From Chiloscyllium plagiosum (Eukaryota), in assembly GCF_004010195.1 (NCBI RefSeq), contig NC_057750.1, forward strand, positions 17,862,209 to 17,926,208: 64,000 bases of DNA. Reading direction: 5' to 3'. This document shows positions 62,485-64,000 of this stretch, piece by piece (the first letter of the stretch is position 1; every line of letters starts with the position of its first letter). The notes under the pieces were generated by a model that had not been told where the DNA came from, did not search any database, and was given only the letters and a program-made list of their open reading frames with translations. Made by a program: the position numbers and the translations under genes.

Positions 62485-63351
62485 CTGCAAAAATTAAGAA
62501 AAACATTCAAACATAAATTCCCATGGCTCCCTAACATACTAATAGCCCAAGAATACTAATAGCATAAGAATACTAATAGCATAAGAAAACATAACAAATG
62601 CAATTTATCGATCAGAAATAATTCAGAATCTGAATTGTTACAAATACACATATTAAACTGGGGGTGGGGGGGTGGGGAACAGAGGAGTATGAAATTAGCT
62701 ATGGAAGATTCCTTCTTTACGTCCCTATAAGAGTGGTCAATCCTAATTATGCAAATAAATTCCAGGCGAAAGATCATATATTAGTTGTGATGTCAGACAT
62801 TCAATATTGAGGCTAACACATGATGAATGAAACAAAGACAGAAATAGGTGGAGAAAATCAGTGGTTCTGGCAGGATCTGTGGAGAGAAAGCGGAGTTCAG
62901 AACGGTTCTGAAGGAGGATCAGTGGACTTGAAACTTTAATGTTGCTATTTCTCCAGCAATTTCTGCCTTTGTTTCAGTTTTCACCACCTACAACTCTGTT
63001 TTATTTCACATGTCAAATGGCTAATTGGGTGAAGCAAATCCATGGCTGCTAATACTTGCAACTACAGACCTGATCGAGATGTTATTACCAATCATTCCTC
63101 TTTGAGGGAAGGAGTTTTCACAATTTAATCTGAAATTAATGTTCGGATTACGAGCATCTCTAACATAAAAGTGGTCTGAACACTAAAATATTTTGATCTA
63201 TAGTCAGTTATAAAACTTAAAAAACACACTAGTGGAAACACACGAGAAACAGAATCTTTGCAATACACAAAACACTTTCATGTGATTTAATGCTGACTTA
63301 GTGTTTCAATTTGTGTTGATTTCTGAGGCATACATGTCATTAGACTACAAG

Positions 63352-63970
63352 CCTATAAGATACAGGAGTAGAATTAAGCTATTTGACCCATCAGGTCTAC
63401 ACCACCATTCAATCATGACTGATGGGTTTCTAAACCCCATTTCTCCTGTCTCTCCCCATAATTCTTGATCGCCTGACTAATCAAGAATCTATATATCTCA
63501 ATGACTTAGCCTCCACAAACTTCTGCGGCAATGGGATCCATAGATTAACCATCCACTGGCGGACATCCATCCTCATTTCAGCTCTAACGGATGGTCCCTT
63601 GATGGAGGCTGTGCCCTCAAGTCCTAGTCTCTCCAACTAGGGAAAACACTGTGTTCACATCCACTCTATCCAGGCTCGTCAGTATTCGGTAGGGTTCACT
63701 CAGAATGATTGGGGTGGTGGGGGATTCTAAAGTCCATCAAGTACAGACCCAATGTCCTCAACTGCTTCTCAAATGACAAGCCTTTCATCCCATGGATCAT
63801 TCTTGAAAACCTCTTCTGCAGCTCCTACAATAGGCCCAAAGCTGGTCACAATATTCCAAATGTGGTCTGACCAGAGCCTTGTACTGCAGTGGCTGTATAT
63901 CTCTGCTCTTGTATTCTAGACCTCTTGAGTTGAATTCCAACATTACACTTACCTTCCTAACTGCTAACTA
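63352..63970 (-). mobile_element. CR1 3' fragment
   Basis: Tail cataaga-type and degenerate ORF2 (revcomp of ggtcacaatattccaaatgtggtctgacc = VRPHLEYC). Confidence 0.75.
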
Positions 63971-64000
63971 AGCTGAAACTTTATTGCTGGAACAGCACAG

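Noticed and set aside
62535..62590. 17-bp tandem triplication near a splice acceptor
   Set aside because: Ordinary slippage repeat with no sign of function.

Overview
This is vertebrate genomic DNA, almost certainly from an elasmobranch (shark), judged from the dense HE1-type SINEs, CR1-clade LINEs and Penelope-type elements. Most ORFs in the supplied track are repeat-derived noise. Real genes were found by reading splice sites. (1) The last two coding exons and a ~2.1 kb 3' UTR of a TMEM87A/B gene lie on + (521-3960). (2) The last two coding exons of a MAPKBP1/WDR62-family gene lie on - (60827-62484), converging on the first gene. (3) Between them is a putative three-coding-exon gene on + (22086-22337, 50721-50804, 55822-55911, polyA signal 56056). 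It encodes a ~141-aa charged, disordered protein with DAKE/TKEN repeats, a poly-Ser exon and a Lys-rich tail, and may have alternative last exons. I cannot confidently assign it to a family. The repeat landscape also holds several notable events: minimal hammerhead-ribozyme motifs in Penelope-type elements, an inverted duplication in which one arm spawned a 20-bp minisatellite, an 80-bp target duplication, a 5'-inverted Rex1-like LINE, and a polyA/TSD retro-insertion with possible 3' transduction. An assembly gap spans 51321-52215. Homology calls come from recalled protein motifs, not searches, and TE boundaries are approximate.
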